A stretch of DNA of 64,000 nucleotides from Vicinamibacterales bacterium (GTDB lineage: Bacteria > Acidobacteriota > Vicinamibacteria > Vicinamibacterales > UBA2999): the NCBI GenBank assembly GCA_035512515.1, contig DATKDY010000215.1, positions 1,294 through 65,293 on the forward strand. The letters run 5' to 3'. How positions within the stretch are numbered: the stretch's first letter is position 1; the number at the start of each line of letters is the position of its first letter. The translations under genes were made by a program, and so were the position numbers. Under the pieces are notes generated by a model. That model saw nothing but the letters and a program-made list of their open reading frames with translations. It was not told the origin of the DNA and ran no database searches. This document shows, in pieces, positions 42,619-51,652 of this stretch.

Positions 42619-44057
42619 TGTTTGCCGCCGAGTTCGACGCCGTTATCCCCGTCATCTGCCTGGCGATGGCCGGGCTGGCCGTCATGCTGGCCGAGTCATT
42701 CCGGCTCGAGAACGAATCGATGCCGCTCGGCGGGCTGGCCATCATCGGCCTGGTTGGCGCCGGCGTCGCGTCGATCTTCTTGTGGGACCGCAACGCCACC
42801 AGCTTCGGCGTCGTCATCGCCGACAACTTCGCGCTGTTCGTCAACGTCGTCCTCGTCGCGGTCGGTCTGCTGACGGTGTTCTTCACGTCGCAGACCGCGG
42901 CCCGCGATGGCATCCCAACCGGAGAGTTCTACGCGCTGATGCTGTTCTCGATGGTGGGCATGATGCTCATGGTCCAGGCCTCGGACCTGCTCCTCATGTT
43001 CCTCGCGCTCGAGACGATGTCGATTGCGGTGTATGTGCTGACCGGCATTCGCCGGGACAGCTTCGCCGGCACCGAGGCGGCGTTCAAGTATTTCCTGCTC
43101 GGCGCGTTTGCCAGCGCGTTCTTCCTGTACGGCATCGCGTTCATCTACGGCCTCACTGGCAGCACGAGCCTCGATCGCGTCGGGTCGGTGATTGCGGCGC
43201 AGTCGATGAGCGGCAACCCCATGATCCTGCTGGCGGTCGGCCTCCTGCTCGTCGGCTTTGGTTTCAAGGTGGCGGCGGTGCCGTTTCACATGTGGTCGCC
43301 CGACGCGTACGAAGGCGCGCCGGCGGTGGTCACCGGCTTCATGTCCACAGGCGTCAAGGCGGCCGCCGTCGCCGCGTTCGCGCGCGTGTTCCTGACCGCG
43401 CTCGAGCCGATGATCACCGAGTGGGCGCCGGTGCTGTGGGTCGTCGCCGCGGCGACGATGATCGTGGGTACGGTGATGGGCGTGGCGCAGACCAGCCTCA
43501 AGCGCATGCTGGCGTATTCGAGCATCGCGCACGGCGGGTATCTGCTCGTGGGCATCGTGGCCGGCAACGACGTCGGCAAGGCCGCCATCCTCTTCTACCT
43601 CGCCGTTTACGCGCTCACCAACCTCGGTGCATTCGGCATCATCGCGCTGCTCGGCTCGCGCGAGCGCGACAACGACGACCTGCGCGACTACGCCGGGCTG
43701 TGGTACTCGCATCCCGCGCTCGCCACGCTCATGACGATCTTCCTGCTGTCGCTGGGCGGCTTTCCCCCGACGGCGGGCTTCATCGCGAAGTGGTATGTGT
43801 TCAGCGCTGCTGTCGGCGCTGGCTATTACGGCCTTGCCATCATCGGGGTGCTGTCGAGCGTCGTCTCCGTCTTCTTCTATCTGCGCATCGTCGTCATGAT
43901 GTACATGTCGGAGCGCGATGCCCGTCCGCTCCCGGCGCCGATCACGTCGATGAGCATGGCCGCGCTGGCAATCTCCGTCATCGGCATCCTGTATCTCGGC
44001 GTGCTGCCGACGCGCGTGATCGACATCGCGCAGGCGTCGGTCGCGACGATCTTCTAG
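42615..44057 (+). CDS. nuoN: NADH-quinone oxidoreductase subunit N
   Basis: GFKVAAVPFHMWSPDAYEGAPAVVTGFMS is the NuoN/ND2 signature. GTGATG start overlapping the nuoM stop, with a GGAGG RBS at 42606-42610. Confidence 0.93.
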   Translation: MMFAAEFDAVIPVICLAMAGLAVMLAESFRLENESMPLGGLAIIGLVGAGVASIFLWDRNATSFGVVIADNFALFVNVVLVAVGLLTVFFTSQTAARDGIPTGEFYALMLFSMVGMMLMVQASDLLLMFLALETMSIAVYVLTGIRRDSFAGTEAAFKYFLLGAFASAFFLYGIAFIYGLTGSTSLDRVGSVIAAQSMSGNPMILLAVGLLLVGFGFKVAAVPFHMWSPDAYEGAPAVVTGFMSTGVKAAAVAAFARVFLTALEPMITEWAPVLWVVAAATMIVGTVMGVAQTSLKRMLAYSSIAHGGYLLVGIVAGNDVGKAAILFYLAVYALTNLGAFGIIALLGSRERDNDDLRDYAGLWYSHPALATLMTIFLLSLGGFPPTAGFIAKWYVFSAAVGAGYYGLAIIGVLSSVVSVFFYLRIVVMMYMSERDARPLPAPITSMSMAALAISVIGILYLGVLPTRVIDIAQASVATIF

Positions 44058-44084
44058 GCAGGTGCAGCAGGTGCAGCAGGTGCG
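44058..44084 (-). repeat. 3 units of the same 9-nt repeat in inverted orientation immediately after the nuoN stop
   Basis: gcaggtgca gcaggtgca gcaggtgcg is the reverse complement of the GCACCTGC units in nuoM. It starts 1 nt after TAG (44055-44057). Confidence 0.9.
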
Positions 44085-44220
44085 GGATCAGGCGGCTCGC
44101 TGACGCTCGCCGATCGCCAACCGGGAGGGCGGGGCTTCAGCCCCTGGGATACGCAGATTCGGCGAAGCCAACTCATAATTCTCGTGATTCTCGCGCGAGA
44201 TTAGACTGGAGGCGCTCGCG

Positions 44221-44622
44221 ATGAGAGACAATCCGCAACGTGAAGACGTGGCCGCGGCCATGCGACTCGTGAACGACGCATGGCTCTCCGGGGGGCTGGA
44301 GCCCCTCGCGACGGCGGTGCATTCTGACATGGTCATGGTGCTGCCCGGTTTTGCCGGGCGTGTCCAGGGGCGTGAAGCCCTGGTCGCGGGATTTCGCGAC
44401 TTCTGCGATAACGCCCGGGTGCACGAATTCCGCGAAGAAGACACGCAGATCGACGTGATGGGTCATACAGCGGTGGTGACGTTTCGATACGCGATGCTGT
44501 ACGAGCGCGCGGGTGAACGCTATCGCGCCACCGGTCGCGACTTGTGGGTCTTCGAGAAGCACTCGCAATGCTGGATGGCGGTGTGGCGGACGATGCTCGA
44601 CATCCAGGAGACCGCCGCGTAG
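44221..44622 (+). CDS. NTF2-like (SnoaL/DUF4440-type) protein
   Basis: 133 aa; W..G..E.L......D....LPG...V.GREA... and ...W.TM match the SnoaL-like fold pattern. Confidence 0.55.
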   Translation: MRDNPQREDVAAAMRLVNDAWLSGGLEPLATAVHSDMVMVLPGFAGRVQGREALVAGFRDFCDNARVHEFREEDTQIDVMGHTAVVTFRYAMLYERAGERYRATGRDLWVFEKHSQCWMAVWRTMLDIQETAA

Positions 44623-44674
44623 GTCATGAGCCAGACGACTGCCTGGCCGCCCACGAGCCGCTGCGACGAGGCCG

Positions 44675-45355
44675 ATGCACATCTTTTTTGATCTCGACGG
44701 CACGCTGACCGACTCGTCGCCGGGAATCCTCCGCTGTGTGAATCACGCGCTGGCCGAGCTCGGACACAGTGTCGTGACCGACGCGCGCCTGCGCGGCATG
44801 ATCGGCTCGCCGCTGACGCGCATTTTCTCGGATGTCCTGGTCTGTGACGACGAGGCGGTGCTCGATCGAGCGGTTGCCGCGTACCGGGTGCGGTTCAACG
44901 CCGTCGGGATCTTCGAGAACGCCCTCTATCCTGGTGTGGCTGCTGCCCTGGACCATCTGTGCCGGTCCGGTCACACGCTGCAGATCGTCACCGCGAAGCC
45001 CGCGGCTGCCGCGCGCCGGGTGGCCGAGCACTTCGGCATCGCGCCGTTCTTTCGTGCGATGCACGGTCCGGAGCTTTCCGCTCGCGACTGCAACAAGGCG
45101 GACCTGGTTGGTGCGGCATTACAGGTTGCTGGCGGCAATCCTCGGGCAGCGCTGATGGTCGGCGACCGGGCAGCGGACATGATTGCGGCGCGCGAGCACC
45201 GCGTGCGCGCCGTCGCCGCGGCCTGGGGCTACGGATCGCGTGACGAGCTCGAACGGGCCGCCCCGGAGTATGTGGCCGAGACCGTGCCTGACCTCATCCG
45301 GTGGGTGCAGACGGTCACGTCAGACGCAACCGTAAAAGACGGTACGCGAGCATGA
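44675..45355 (+). CDS. HAD-superfamily hydrolase (phosphoglycolate-phosphatase-like)
   Basis: Motif I FFDLDGTLTDS, motif II VTAK, motif IV MVGDRAADM. Confidence 0.85.
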   Translation: MHIFFDLDGTLTDSSPGILRCVNHALAELGHSVVTDARLRGMIGSPLTRIFSDVLVCDDEAVLDRAVAAYRVRFNAVGIFENALYPGVAAALDHLCRSGHTLQIVTAKPAAAARRVAEHFGIAPFFRAMHGPELSARDCNKADLVGAALQVAGGNPRAALMVGDRAADMIAAREHRVRAVAAAWGYGSRDELERAAPEYVAETVPDLIRWVQTVTSDATVKDGTRA

Positions 45356-46233
45356 CGATTTGGCGTTGGCTTGCCGCGGGCGTCGTGGTGATGCTGGGTA
45401 TCGTGATCGCCATCCTCGCGACCCAGATCCCCGTGCTGGGTGCAGCCGTGCTCTTGCATCCGTCCCGCCGGCTCGCGTCGGCGATGCCCGAATCGTGCCG
45501 CGACGCGACTTTTGCCGGCGTGGGTGTCGAGCTGAAGGGATGGACGTGCGCGGCGTCGACCGTGCGTCGTGGCACCGTGGTCTACCTTCATGGCGTCGCG
45601 GATAGCCGCGGGAGCGCGGCCGGCGTGATCGGGCGGTTTGTCGCACGCGGCTTCGACGTCGTCGCCTACGACAGCCGTGCCCACGGCGACTCCGACGGCA
45701 CCGTGTGCACATATGGGTTTCTGGAGACGCGCGATCTGCGCGCCGTGCTGGATACGATTGAACCAGGGCCGATCGTGCTGCTCGGAACGTCCCTTGGTGC
45801 CGCGGTGGCCCTGCAGCACGCCGCCGAAGACGCACGGGTGAGTACGGTCGTCGCGGCCGAGACGTTTTCGGATCTTCGTACTGTGGCTGCGGAACGCGCG
45901 CCATTCTTCTTCACGCGAGCGCTGATTGCACGAGCCTTTCAGATCGCGGAGCGTCACGGCCGATTTCAGATTGACGCCGTGAGCCCTGTGCTGGCCGCCG
46001 CACAGATCACGGCGCCCGTCTTGCTCATACACGGTGAAAACGATACCGACACATCGCCGGATCATTCACGCCGCGTCTTTGCCGCCCTGCGCGGGCCCAA
46101 GCGGTTGCTGATCGTTCCGGGTGCGGCGCACAACGGGTCGCTTCGCTCAGAGGTGTGGGACGAAGTGGAACGCTGGATTGACAACGTGGTGGCCGGAGAA
46201 CGCCTTGGCCTGGTGCGGCCCCCCGCGCTATGA
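45352..46233 (+). CDS. Alpha/beta hydrolase with an N-terminal TM anchor
   Basis: VVYLHGVADSRG, nucleophile elbow GTSLGAAV, HGENDTDTS, GAAHNG. ATGA overlap with the HAD stop. Confidence 0.8.
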   Translation: MTIWRWLAAGVVVMLGIVIAILATQIPVLGAAVLLHPSRRLASAMPESCRDATFAGVGVELKGWTCAASTVRRGTVVYLHGVADSRGSAAGVIGRFVARGFDVVAYDSRAHGDSDGTVCTYGFLETRDLRAVLDTIEPGPIVLLGTSLGAAVALQHAAEDARVSTVVAAETFSDLRTVAAERAPFFFTRALIARAFQIAERHGRFQIDAVSPVLAAAQITAPVLLIHGENDTDTSPDHSRRVFAALRGPKRLLIVPGAAHNGSLRSEVWDEVERWIDNVVAGERLGLVRPPAL

Positions 46234-46278
46234 TCCGCCCCGGCGAGGCATCTGGCGCGCCGACCGTCTGGAGGAACC

Positions 46279-47211
46279 ATGCGATTTCGTGTCTTGTGTC
46301 TCACCGTGGCCTGCGGGCTCGTGGTTGGCCTGCCGCCTCTGACCTCTGACACCGTTGGCGCCGCGCTCGCCAGCCGTGCCGATCAACCGGCGGCCGGGGC
46401 ATTCGCGGCGGCGCCCGATCAGGTGCTGACTGCGGGCGGCGTCACGCTGCGTTATCGCGAGCTCGGGAGCGGTGATCCCGTCTTGCTCATCCACGGGTAC
46501 ACGGCGTCGCTGGAGAGTCAGACCCCGCTTGCCAATGCGCTGGCGACGACGAATCGTGTCGTGGCGCTCGACGTTCGCGGATTTGGCAAGAGCAGCAAGT
46601 TTGCCGAGCCTGAACGCTTCGGCCAGCTGATCGTGGACGATGTCGTGCGGTTGATGGATCACCTGACGATCACCCGTGCGCATCTGGTCGGCCATTCGAT
46701 GGGCGCGTTGATCTCCGCGAATGTCGCCGCGCGATATCCGGCGCGCGTGTCATCGGTCACGCTGATCGCCGGGCCGTTCTACCCGGACCAGCCGGCGTTC
46801 ACCAGGGAATCGGCTCGGTGGGTTGCCGATCTCGAAGGCGGCAAGGGCCTGGCCAACTTCATGCAGTGGCTGTTTCCCAAGATGGAGCCGGCCATGGCAT
46901 CTGGCATGAGTGCGCAGGCTCTCGAGGGGAACGATCTTCCATCGCTGATTGCCGTGATGCGAACGTTACCGGAACTGGCGATCGCCGGTTTGTCTCGGTC
47001 GAAGGTGCCGTCGGTCGTCGCGGTCGGGACCGGAGATCCCTTGCATCCGCTGTCTCTCGAGTTTGCGAAGTCATCGCCTGGCGCGCAGCTGCTCGTGATC
47101 GATGGCGCGGATCACCTCAACATCGCAGCAGACCCCGACGTGAGGCGGGCGATGCGAGAGCTCATTCAGCGCGCGACGGTCACAAGCGCCGTGCTCCGTG
47201 ACGCGGCGTAA
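46279..47211 (+). CDS. Secreted alpha/beta hydrolase
   Basis: Signal peptide, LLIHGYTAS, nucleophile elbow GHSMGAL, C-terminal DGADHL. GGAGGA RBS. Confidence 0.82.
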   Translation: MRFRVLCLTVACGLVVGLPPLTSDTVGAALASRADQPAAGAFAAAPDQVLTAGGVTLRYRELGSGDPVLLIHGYTASLESQTPLANALATTNRVVALDVRGFGKSSKFAEPERFGQLIVDDVVRLMDHLTITRAHLVGHSMGALISANVAARYPARVSSVTLIAGPFYPDQPAFTRESARWVADLEGGKGLANFMQWLFPKMEPAMASGMSAQALEGNDLPSLIAVMRTLPELAIAGLSRSKVPSVVAVGTGDPLHPLSLEFAKSSPGAQLLVIDGADHLNIAADPDVRRAMRELIQRATVTSAVLRDAA

Positions 47212-48010
47212 GAAGCACGGTGGCCATTACACGGTCGAGAGGCCGCAGGCTGCGCGGAGTGGTGTGGTGTGGGGATCTGCCGTCGTCTATTCGGGCGTCA
47301 TCATCGCGGCTGTCGGCGCTGGTCTGTTCTTGAAACCGATCCCGTGGCTCCGTGTCAGCACACGCGCGCGGGCCCTTGCTCTTGCCGCTGGCGGGGGACT
47401 GCTGGCTGGCATCGGTCTGTTGCTGCCGGTCTCGGAGTCGCGGCTCAGCCAGGCCGAGACTCGGCTCGATGACTTCGCGCCCGTCTGGCACTTCCGCGAG
47501 GTTCATTCGATTCGAATTGCCGCTCCCCCGGTGCAGGTGTTCGAGGCCATCAGACGCGTGCGAGCGGACGAGATCCTTTTGTTCCGGACGCTTACGTGGA
47601 TCCGGCGCGCCGGCCGACCACTCCCGCCAGGCATTCTGAATGCTGGTGATCGCGAGTCGCTGATTGACGTCGCCACGCGCAGCGGGTTCGTGCGACTGGT
47701 AGATGATGCGCCGCGCGAACTGGTGATCGGCGCCATCGTCGTGGCGCCGCCAGGCGCGCGTGTGCCGGTGAGCGCGGATGTGTTTCGATTGCCGTTGCCG
47801 CCAGGGTTTGCACTGGCAACCATGAATTTCGTGGTGACGCCTGACGGGTCCGACGGCTCGCGGGTGTCAACCGAGACCCGCGTGTTCGCGAACAGCCACT
47901 CGGCTCGTCGGCGTTTTGCCGCATATTGGCGGATCATCTACCCGGGCAGTGCGCTGATCCGCCGCATGTGGTTGCGCGCCATCCAGCGCCGGGCCACGGC
48001 AGGGATGTGA
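47198..48010 (+). CDS. Hypothetical membrane-anchored protein (possibly SRPBCC-like)
   Basis: Two N-terminal TM helices, then a ~180-aa soluble domain. The function is not recognisable and the start is uncertain. Confidence 0.45.
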   Translation: MTRRKKHGGHYTVERPQAARSGVVWGSAVVYSGVIIAAVGAGLFLKPIPWLRVSTRARALALAAGGGLLAGIGLLLPVSESRLSQAETRLDDFAPVWHFREVHSIRIAAPPVQVFEAIRRVRADEILLFRTLTWIRRAGRPLPPGILNAGDRESLIDVATRSGFVRLVDDAPRELVIGAIVVAPPGARVPVSADVFRLPLPPGFALATMNFVVTPDGSDGSRVSTETRVFANSHSARRRFAAYWRIIYPGSALIRRMWLRAIQRRATAGM

Positions 48011-48068
48011 CGCGCGCTCGACATGCAGGGGCGGTTGTGGCGGTTGAAGGCCGGACGGTCGATGCGAT

Positions 48069-48392
48069 TCAGGGCCATTCATCGGTCAGCACGAATCGAT
48101 CTTTCGGTTTCAGGTCGCTCGCGCGTACGAACCCGACCTGATTGCGCTTCGCGTCCGTCCGCAGGACCCACGCGATTTCTTCCATCTCGCGAACCGTCGG
48201 ATGCGTGCGATCCACGTAGGCGTTGCAGAACGTGACCGGGAACGCCATGCGGCGGTTTGGTCCGGAGAGGTAGCCGCACTCGATGATCTCGTCGCCGAGC
48301 GTGCGGCCGCGCACCACCGTGGCGTGGCGGCAGGTGAGGCACAGCGACGGTTCGGTGTGATTAGCGGTGCCGCCGTTGATCTTCAAACGCAT
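48069..48392 (-). CDS. Hypothetical Cys-containing small protein
   Basis: 107 aa with a GAGGAG RBS 9 nt upstream of the ATG. Cys pattern CLTC...EC...FC. No recognisable family. Confidence 0.55.
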   Translation of the reverse strand: MRLKINGGTANHTEPSLCLTCRHATVVRGRTLGDEIIECGYLSGPNRRMAFPVTFCNAYVDRTHPTVREMEEIAWVLRTDAKRNQVGFVRASDLKPKDRFVLTDEWP

Positions 48393-48738
48393 GGGTCTCG
48401 TCTCCTCAGGCTATCGGCATGGTGACCTCCTCATGAGCTGAAAACGTATCGACATAAGCCGGTCCAGTCCACGCGCCCCGCGCGCGTGGACGACGACGTT
48501 GCCATCGTCGATCGATCGATGTCAAGCGGGACACGAAAATCGCTGTGACTGAGACTAGCGGCCGTCCTCATGACGATGGTAATAATGAAGCCAAGCCACT
48601 CGCTCATTCGAAGAGAGCCGCGACCATACGCTCGGTATGCCGCGCTCCTCGCGCGTTGCCGGGCGGGCGCCTCGACGCCCGCGGCGGGCAACCTTATTTC
48701 GACCAGGATCCTTAGAGGCAGCCTCCTGCTCATCGCCA

Positions 48739-49512
48739 ATGAGTACCCGAGTCGATTACGACGTCGTTGCTGCCCGATACGGGCACCGCTACCTGCAGAA
48801 CGACTATGCCGGTCTGAGGCGAGCGTTGTTCACCTTTCTCCTGAGCGGGGCTCGAGCGCATCACAAGCGCGTCCTCGACATCGGTTGTGGCACTGGTCAC
48901 TGGCTTCGGGTTCTCCGCGACGCCAACGTTCCCGCCGTCGGTGTTGATCGATCCGAACAGATGTTGAGGATCGCCCAGAGGAGCGTCAACGATGCTCAAC
49001 TAGCGCGCGCTCGCGCCGAAGAGTTGCCGTTTGTGAGTGTGTGTTTCGATCGCCTTATTTGCATCAATGCTCTGCACCACTTCAGCGACCACTCGGCGTT
49101 CTTTCGCGAAGCGCGGCGAATCCTTCGTCCAGGCGGCGCCCTGCTGACCGTCGGCCTCGACCCGCAGAGGGGCGCCGACCGGTGGTGGGTGTACGACTAT
49201 TTTTCCGAAACACTCGTCGAAGACCGGAAGCGTTATCCTGCGTCGGAGGAGATCCGGGCCGGCATGGCGATCGCCGGTTTTGTGCGCTGCGAGACGGCGG
49301 AGGTGCAGCGCTTCGCCCGGCAGATGTCCCTGCGTGAAGCGGTCGACGGCGGCTTTCTCGACCGAACGAGCACCTCGCAGTTCATGGTGATCTCGCAGCT
49401 CGCGTACGAAGCTGGTGTGGCGCGTGTCCATTCGGCGGCTGCCGACGCTCCGCACGAAAAGCTCTTCCACGTCGACCTGCGGCTCTACGGTACGACCGGG
49501 TGCGCTGCCTGA
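48739..49512 (+). CDS. Class I SAM-dependent methyltransferase
   Basis: Motif I VLDIGCGTGHW, motif post-I GVDRSEQM, ICINALHHF, RILRPGGAL. Confidence 0.85.
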   Translation: MSTRVDYDVVAARYGHRYLQNDYAGLRRALFTFLLSGARAHHKRVLDIGCGTGHWLRVLRDANVPAVGVDRSEQMLRIAQRSVNDAQLARARAEELPFVSVCFDRLICINALHHFSDHSAFFREARRILRPGGALLTVGLDPQRGADRWWVYDYFSETLVEDRKRYPASEEIRAGMAIAGFVRCETAEVQRFARQMSLREAVDGGFLDRTSTSQFMVISQLAYEAGVARVHSAAADAPHEKLFHVDLRLYGTTGCAA

Positions 49513-49578
49513 CGACGGCTTGCAACCGACGCGGGCAGCTCGCAAGCCGTTAGCCGGATAGTTGGGCCCCAGACATCT

Positions 49579-50265
49579 GTGATGATCACCATCAAGCCAA
49601 GAGGAGCTTTTGTCGTCGCATTGCCGCTGGTTCTCGTGTTCTCCAGTCACTCAGCGTACGCCCAGTCGAACGACTCCACGTTCGTTCCGCTACCCCGTGG
49701 CTTTGTCGGGGTCGGGCTTGCGAAGGCCAGCAGCGATGCCGAATCGCGCATGCGGTTAGTCGGCGAGGATTCCTCACTCGTGTGGCTGCTTGAAGCTGGA
49801 GTTGCTGTAACCCCGCGCTTTGGTGTGAGTGTGGAGTTCGCCAAACCGACTGCGGTTGCCGCGTCAACGAGGGGACGCAGCTTTCAGGCGTTCGGCCGGC
49901 AAGAGGAGCGCGCGCTCATTGGTCTCGCTCGAGTGCGCGCATGGGGGTTCGATCACTGGGCGGTGGACCTGGTAGGTGGGGCGGGCGTGCTCTTCCAGCA
50001 TCACGAATTACGCTCTGCCCCGTGCTTCAGTGGCTGTGCGGAGACGAGACGCGAGACGCTTGCGCACCGGGCGGCGGCGTTCTCGCTCGGTGCGGAAATC
50101 CCTGTCCGTGTTACAGGCCATTTTTCGTTAAGTGCGGTTGCCAGGTACTGCGCGCTCAGGCGCGGCGAACACGTGACAGAATTGCCAAACCTCATTCCGT
50201 GGCAATACGAGTGGAAGTCCTCGGCACGAATTGGAGTTGGTATTGTCGGACGTGCCGTCTGGTGA
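49579..50265 (+). CDS. Putative outer-membrane beta-barrel protein
   Basis: Signal peptide ending AYAQ, alternating-hydrophobic beta-strand pattern, C-terminal GIVGRAVW with a terminal aromatic residue. Confidence 0.55.
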   Translation: MMITIKPRGAFVVALPLVLVFSSHSAYAQSNDSTFVPLPRGFVGVGLAKASSDAESRMRLVGEDSSLVWLLEAGVAVTPRFGVSVEFAKPTAVAASTRGRSFQAFGRQEERALIGLARVRAWGFDHWAVDLVGGAGVLFQHHELRSAPCFSGCAETRRETLAHRAAAFSLGAEIPVRVTGHFSLSAVARYCALRRGEHVTELPNLIPWQYEWKSSARIGVGIVGRAVW

Positions 50266-50351
50266 GTTCGGGGTTCGACATGCCGGGGCTGGATGACAGG
50301 CGGCTGCACCCGACGGCGGCCACGCCTAAGCACATTGTTGGCTACTCTGAA

Positions 50352-50379
50352 TTGGCCACGGCCGCCGCGGCTGAAACGC
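50352..50379 (+). repeat. Left copy of a ~27-nt direct repeat (TTGGCC[A]CGGCCGCCGCGGCTGAA[A]CG)
   Basis: Matches 51430-51456 with one indel and one mismatch. Confidence 0.85.
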
Positions 50380-50410
50380 AATCGTTGGACGGACCAACAC
50401 CGAGGGCCAA

Positions 50411-50890
50411 ATGAAAAGACAGGAATTGCTCAGCGTGATCGTCATCCTATTCGTCCTTGTTGCAGCCGAGGCGGCCGCCGCGCAGGAGTCGCCGCGCGTG
50501 TGGGCACCAGTGATCGGAGCGCCTCAATACTTTGCGGTGCTCGTGGCGGACGCCGACAAATCAGCCCGATGGTACCGTACGGCGTTTGGGCTCCGCGAGC
50601 TCGATCGGTCAACAGCAGACGACGGATCGTGGCAGATCGTCAACCTGACAAGCGATCATCTATTCGTCGAGGTCATTCGCGACAACAGGGCGACACAGGC
50701 GGATCGTCCCAGAGGCCTCTTCAAAGTCGGCTTCCACGTTCCAGACGTCGAGGTAGTCGCCGATGCCGTCGGACGGGACACGGGAGAGCGCCCGCGAGTG
50801 CTCGACTTCGCACGTCACGGCGTCCGTGTCGTGCAGATACGAGACCCCGATGGCAATATGATTCAGCTCTTCTCACGACTCAAGGAGTAG
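50411..50890 (+). CDS. Secreted VOC-family (glyoxalase/bleomycin-resistance fold) protein
   Basis: Signal peptide; ...YFAVLVADADKSARWYRTAFG...KVGFHVPDV...VVQIRDPDGNMIQL is typical of VOC modules. Confidence 0.7.
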   Translation: MKRQELLSVIVILFVLVAAEAAAAQESPRVWAPVIGAPQYFAVLVADADKSARWYRTAFGLRELDRSTADDGSWQIVNLTSDHLFVEVIRDNRATQADRPRGLFKVGFHVPDVEVVADAVGRDTGERPRVLDFARHGVRVVQIRDPDGNMIQLFSRLKE

Positions 50891-50955
50891 CAGTCGAGCG
50901 GACCGGTGGCGTGCAACGCGTCCGGACAGAATTCGGGAAGAATGGATTCGGACTG

Positions 50956-51417
50956 ATGGCGACACGCATCAGGCTTCGCGACGTGATCGAAGCCATGGAC
51001 CTGCCGAATCAGGACTGGCAGTCGTATCTCAATCCAGAGACGGGCGAGATCGTGACGGTAACCGACGAGGATCGCGATCTTGTCGAGAGTGATGCGGATC
51101 CGGACGACTTGCCCGACTGGCAGCGCGAGACCGTGCCGAAAGCTCGTGAAGCTCTCGAGTCGAATCGGTTTCTTCTTTTGCCTGGCAGCTTCGAGATACA
51201 TGAATGGTCCATCATGGAGCGGTTTGGCCAGGGGCGACCGAATCGCCGGCAGCGCGATGAACTCCTTGATGCACTTCATGGTCGCGGCGCGTTTCGCATG
51301 TTCAAGTCAGCGATTCGACGGCTCGGGGTCGAAGAAGAATGGTACCGCTTCCGTGAGTCGGAATTCGAAGAGATCGCCAAGGACTGGCTGGAGTCGAACG
51401 GACTCGAGTACGAGTAA
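50956..51417 (+). CDS. UPF0158-family protein
   Basis: 153 aa; ...YLNPETGEIV...RFLLLP...HGRGAFRMFKSAIRRLGVEEEWYRF resembles UPF0158. The upstream part of track ORF 50293..51417 is non-coding frame. Confidence 0.5.
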   Translation: MATRIRLRDVIEAMDLPNQDWQSYLNPETGEIVTVTDEDRDLVESDADPDDLPDWQRETVPKAREALESNRFLLLPGSFEIHEWSIMERFGQGRPNRRQRDELLDALHGRGAFRMFKSAIRRLGVEEEWYRFRESEFEEIAKDWLESNGLEYE

Positions 51418-51429
51418 GGGTTCCGATCG

Positions 51430-51456
51430 TTGGCCCGGCCGCCGCGGCTGAAGCGG
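51430..51456 (+). repeat. Right copy of the ~27-nt direct repeat
   Basis: ttggcccggccgccgcggctgaagcgg, ending immediately before the ATG at 51457. Confidence 0.85.
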
Positions 51457-51603
51457 CATGTTCGGCATCCCTTCGACATCCCGGCCTTCGCTCGCGGAGT
51501 CGATCTGGCATTTCGCAGCAAGGTCACATTCTTCGTCGGTGAAAACGGCAGCGGCAAATCCACGCTTCTCGAGGCGCTCGCCGAGTGCTGCGGGTTCCGA
51601 TGA
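51457..51603 (+). pseudogene. 48-codon N-terminal fragment of an AAA/ABC-like ATPase (Walker A only)
   Basis: Own translation: [48 protein letters not shown] followed by a stop. The ORF ends right after the P-loop and the rest of the ATPase is absent. Confidence 0.6.
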
Positions 51604-51652
51604 CGGAGGCGATGCCTGACGGGCTCTGCAGCCGGCGGCGCTGAACTCGCGT

